Assembly: GCA_031441465.1 (NCBI GenBank)
Contig: JANOEP010000066.1
Span: 64,001 to 128,000 of the forward strand
DNA from: a bacterium
GTDB lineage: Bacteria; Krumholzibacteriota; Krumholzibacteriia; LZORAL124-64-63
Length of the DNA: 64,000 nucleotides
Direction: 5' to 3'
The notes beneath the pieces were generated by a model that saw only the letters and a list, made by a program, of their open reading frames with translations, did not search any database and was not told where the DNA came from. A program made the translations under genes and the position numbers. Positions 61,990-64,000 of this stretch are shown here, piece by piece (position 1 is the first letter of the stretch; each line of letters begins with the position of its first letter).

Positions 61990-62322
61990 TCACCCGGCGA
62001 TCTGCGCGGCCCTGCGTCGGATCACCGCTCCCGCAATGGCGCCAGCGAACGACATCGCGAGTACCAGGAGCATGCCGACGTTCAACTGACGCCATTCAGC
62101 AACGATCAGCGGTCCAGCAATCAGGATGGCCGCCACCCACGGGAGCACGCCGGCGAGTGCGGCCAGCCCCGCTGTCAGCAACAGCGCACCCGCCGTGATG
62201 CCCGTATCGTCCCAGTTCGGGCGGGTGTCCATCCAGGCGATGGCCAGCCCCGCGGCCAGCGTCAGGACGAGGCCCACGGCGGCCACCGCCGCGGACCGCG
62301 GCCCTTTCGATGTCTTCGGCAT
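61990..62322 (-). CDS. Small hypothetical membrane protein
   Basis: GGGAGG RBS; about 4 TM helices; DTRPNWDDTGITAG loop. Confidence 0.65.
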   Translation of the reverse strand: MPKTSKGPRSAAVAAVGLVLTLAAGLAIAWMDTRPNWDDTGITAGALLLTAGLAALAGVLPWVAAILIAGPLIVAEWRQLNVGMLLVLAMSFAGAIAGAVIRRRAAQIAG

Positions 62323-62489
62323 GGGAGCCTCCCGTCTCGCTCCGGATCCGGGGCGTGACTGCCAGCGAACCTGGTCACGGTAACGGAATCCTCGAACACG
62401 CGCCAAGCCTCTTCGTTCCGGCCCGGCAGCAGGAGAATCGCGCTGGCGCCCCCCGCCCCCCTCCGCTAGGATCCCCCCGGAGGTACCCC

Positions 62490-62708
62490 ATGTTCCTGAA
62501 ACTCCTGCTCTGGCTGCTGCTGTTCGTGCTGTGCTGGCCGCTGGCCATCCTGGCGCTGATCTTCTTCCCGCTGATCTGGTTGCTGCTGCTGCCGTTCAAG
62601 ATCCTGGGCATCGCGGTCACCGGCGTGCTGGAACTGTTCAAGGCGATCATCATGCTGCCGGCCAGGGTGCTGGGCGGACGTCCCGGCGCCAAGCCGAAGC
62701 GCCCCTGA
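62490..62708 (+). CDS. Small hydrophobic membrane protein
   Basis: GGAGG RBS; Leu-rich, CWPLA...LLPF...LPARVL. Confidence 0.7.
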   Translation: MFLKLLLWLLLFVLCWPLAILALIFFPLIWLLLLPFKILGIAVTGVLELFKAIIMLPARVLGGRPGAKPKRP

Positions 62709-62741
62709 GGCGCCGCCCACCGCTCCCGACGAAGGACCACC

Positions 62742-63926
62742 ATGCCGACCCGTCGCGGCTGCCAGAGAGCGATCCGCGCGAGCGCGTTGTGCGTGTTCGC
62801 GCTGTTCGGTTGTGCGGCGGCGGCGGCCCAGGGCCTCGACGGTCTGCTGTCGGCCGGCTATTGGGTCCCGCAGCCCGGTGAGCGGGTCCAGCTCGCCTTG
62901 GACCTCGACGGGCACGGCACCGAATTCCACCTGCTGCGCCACCACGAGGGCACCTCGATCCTCTTCGCGGTGCGCGACCGCGCCACCGGCCGCGACGTGG
63001 CCGTGGTCAAGACCAACTCCCTGAGCACAAACGTGAGCGCGGAGATCTACGCCTGGCGGCTGGCGGTCGTGCTGGGCTTTCCCGAGGTGGTCGCGCCCGT
63101 CTCGCCCGTCACCCTCTCGGGCCGCTCCCTGGCCAAGCTGCGCGACCTGCTGGCGGGCGTGTCTTACGGCGCGTCGCGCAAGGAGGACGCGCGGCGCGAG
63201 GTCCTGGCCGAACTCGACCGCGTGCTCGCCGCCGGTCGCGGCCTGCCCGGCGCGATCAAGCCCTGGCTCGACTGCTTCGTCCAGAACCGGCGGCTGGGCT
63301 CGCGCGAATCGCTCGCCGATACGGACGCGGCCGCCTGGCTGCGTGCCGGCGGGCCGCATCCCGACGACGGGATCGTTGCCCTGTCGCAGGCGAGCGACCT
63401 GCAGGAGCCGCACGGCATCCACCTCGGGCGCATCCCGGCGCGCCGGCTCGCCGCCGACCTCGCGGACATCATGCTGCTGGACGCGCTGATGGGGCAGGAC
63501 GACCGCTTCGCCGGCGGCAACCTGCACGTCTGGCGCGACGGCGGCGAGCGCAGGCGAACGGGCGGCGGGCAGGAGATGCCCCTGTGGGATCTGGGTGAGG
63601 TGCGGCTGCTGGCGCTGGACAACGGGGCGGCCCTGCGCCCGGGCCTCAACACGGGGCTGCGGGACCTGCGCGGCGAGATCCACCCGGGCGTGCGCGCCGA
63701 GCGCTTCGACCGCGGCGTCGTGGAGCGGTTGCGGGAGCTGAAGCGTCAGACGGCGGTCGCGGACTCCGCACAGGTCTGGGAGATCCTGGGTCTGGCCGGC
63801 AAACGCGCCGACCTGGCGGCGATCCGGCTCGCCGACGTCCTCGACTACCTCGACGGCCTCGAAGCCGTGCGCGGCGTGGATATCTGGTTGCCGGACGCCG
63901 CGGTCAGGGACCGTCGCTGGCCGTGA
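62742..63926 (+). CDS. Secreted atypical kinase-fold protein (Fam20/Four-jointed/CotH/HipA-like motifs)
   Basis: Signal peptide; VAVVK, AEIYAWRLA, LLDALMGQDDRF..GN, LLALDNG. Confidence 0.55.
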   Translation: MPTRRGCQRAIRASALCVFALFGCAAAAAQGLDGLLSAGYWVPQPGERVQLALDLDGHGTEFHLLRHHEGTSILFAVRDRATGRDVAVVKTNSLSTNVSAEIYAWRLAVVLGFPEVVAPVSPVTLSGRSLAKLRDLLAGVSYGASRKEDARREVLAELDRVLAAGRGLPGAIKPWLDCFVQNRRLGSRESLADTDAAAWLRAGGPHPDDGIVALSQASDLQEPHGIHLGRIPARRLAADLADIMLLDALMGQDDRFAGGNLHVWRDGGERRRTGGGQEMPLWDLGEVRLLALDNGAALRPGLNTGLRDLRGEIHPGVRAERFDRGVVERLRELKRQTAVADSAQVWEILGLAGKRADLAAIRLADVLDYLDGLEAVRGVDIWLPDAAVRDRRWP

Positions 63927-64000
63927 CCTTGATCACGACCGACGGCAGCACGACTCCGGGATGATCCGCGCCGAAGTTCCAGACGACCGACCGCGAGTCG

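Overview
High-GC bacterial chromosomal segment. The PNPFNP-type FlgD-Ig C-terminal domains, C25 peptidase, Bacteroidota-like LptD and archaeal/eukaryote-type ProRS suggest an FCB-group lineage such as Krumholzibacteriota or Latescibacterota (inference). Housekeeping content: lptD 3' end, DEDDh exonuclease, fur, alr, terB, trpEGDCFBA-aroF with a Trp-codon leader and attenuator, lipA, a sigma54 two-component system, proS and pdxST. Main finding, missed by the ORF track: two secreted multiheme cytochrome genes (1914-3269 and 23906-25327) are each split by one in-frame TGA. Each TGA is followed by the same hairpin, ACCCGCGC-loop-GCGTGG, read in different frames, so both are probably selenoproteins with a shared SECIS. 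The second gene lies in an apparent regulon (20091-28094): MtrA/DmsE decaheme, MtrB-like porin, Cys-containing TetR, Sec 10/11-heme lipoprotein, four-rhodanese lipoprotein and a second TetR. A repeated TxAACG-NN-CGTTxA operator links these genes. The module is a candidate for extracellular sulfur/selenium electron transfer. The right end (51.1-62 kb) is an accessory array of beta-propeller surface proteins sharing a near-identical 252-bp C-terminal cassette. All calls are by eye; no searches were run.
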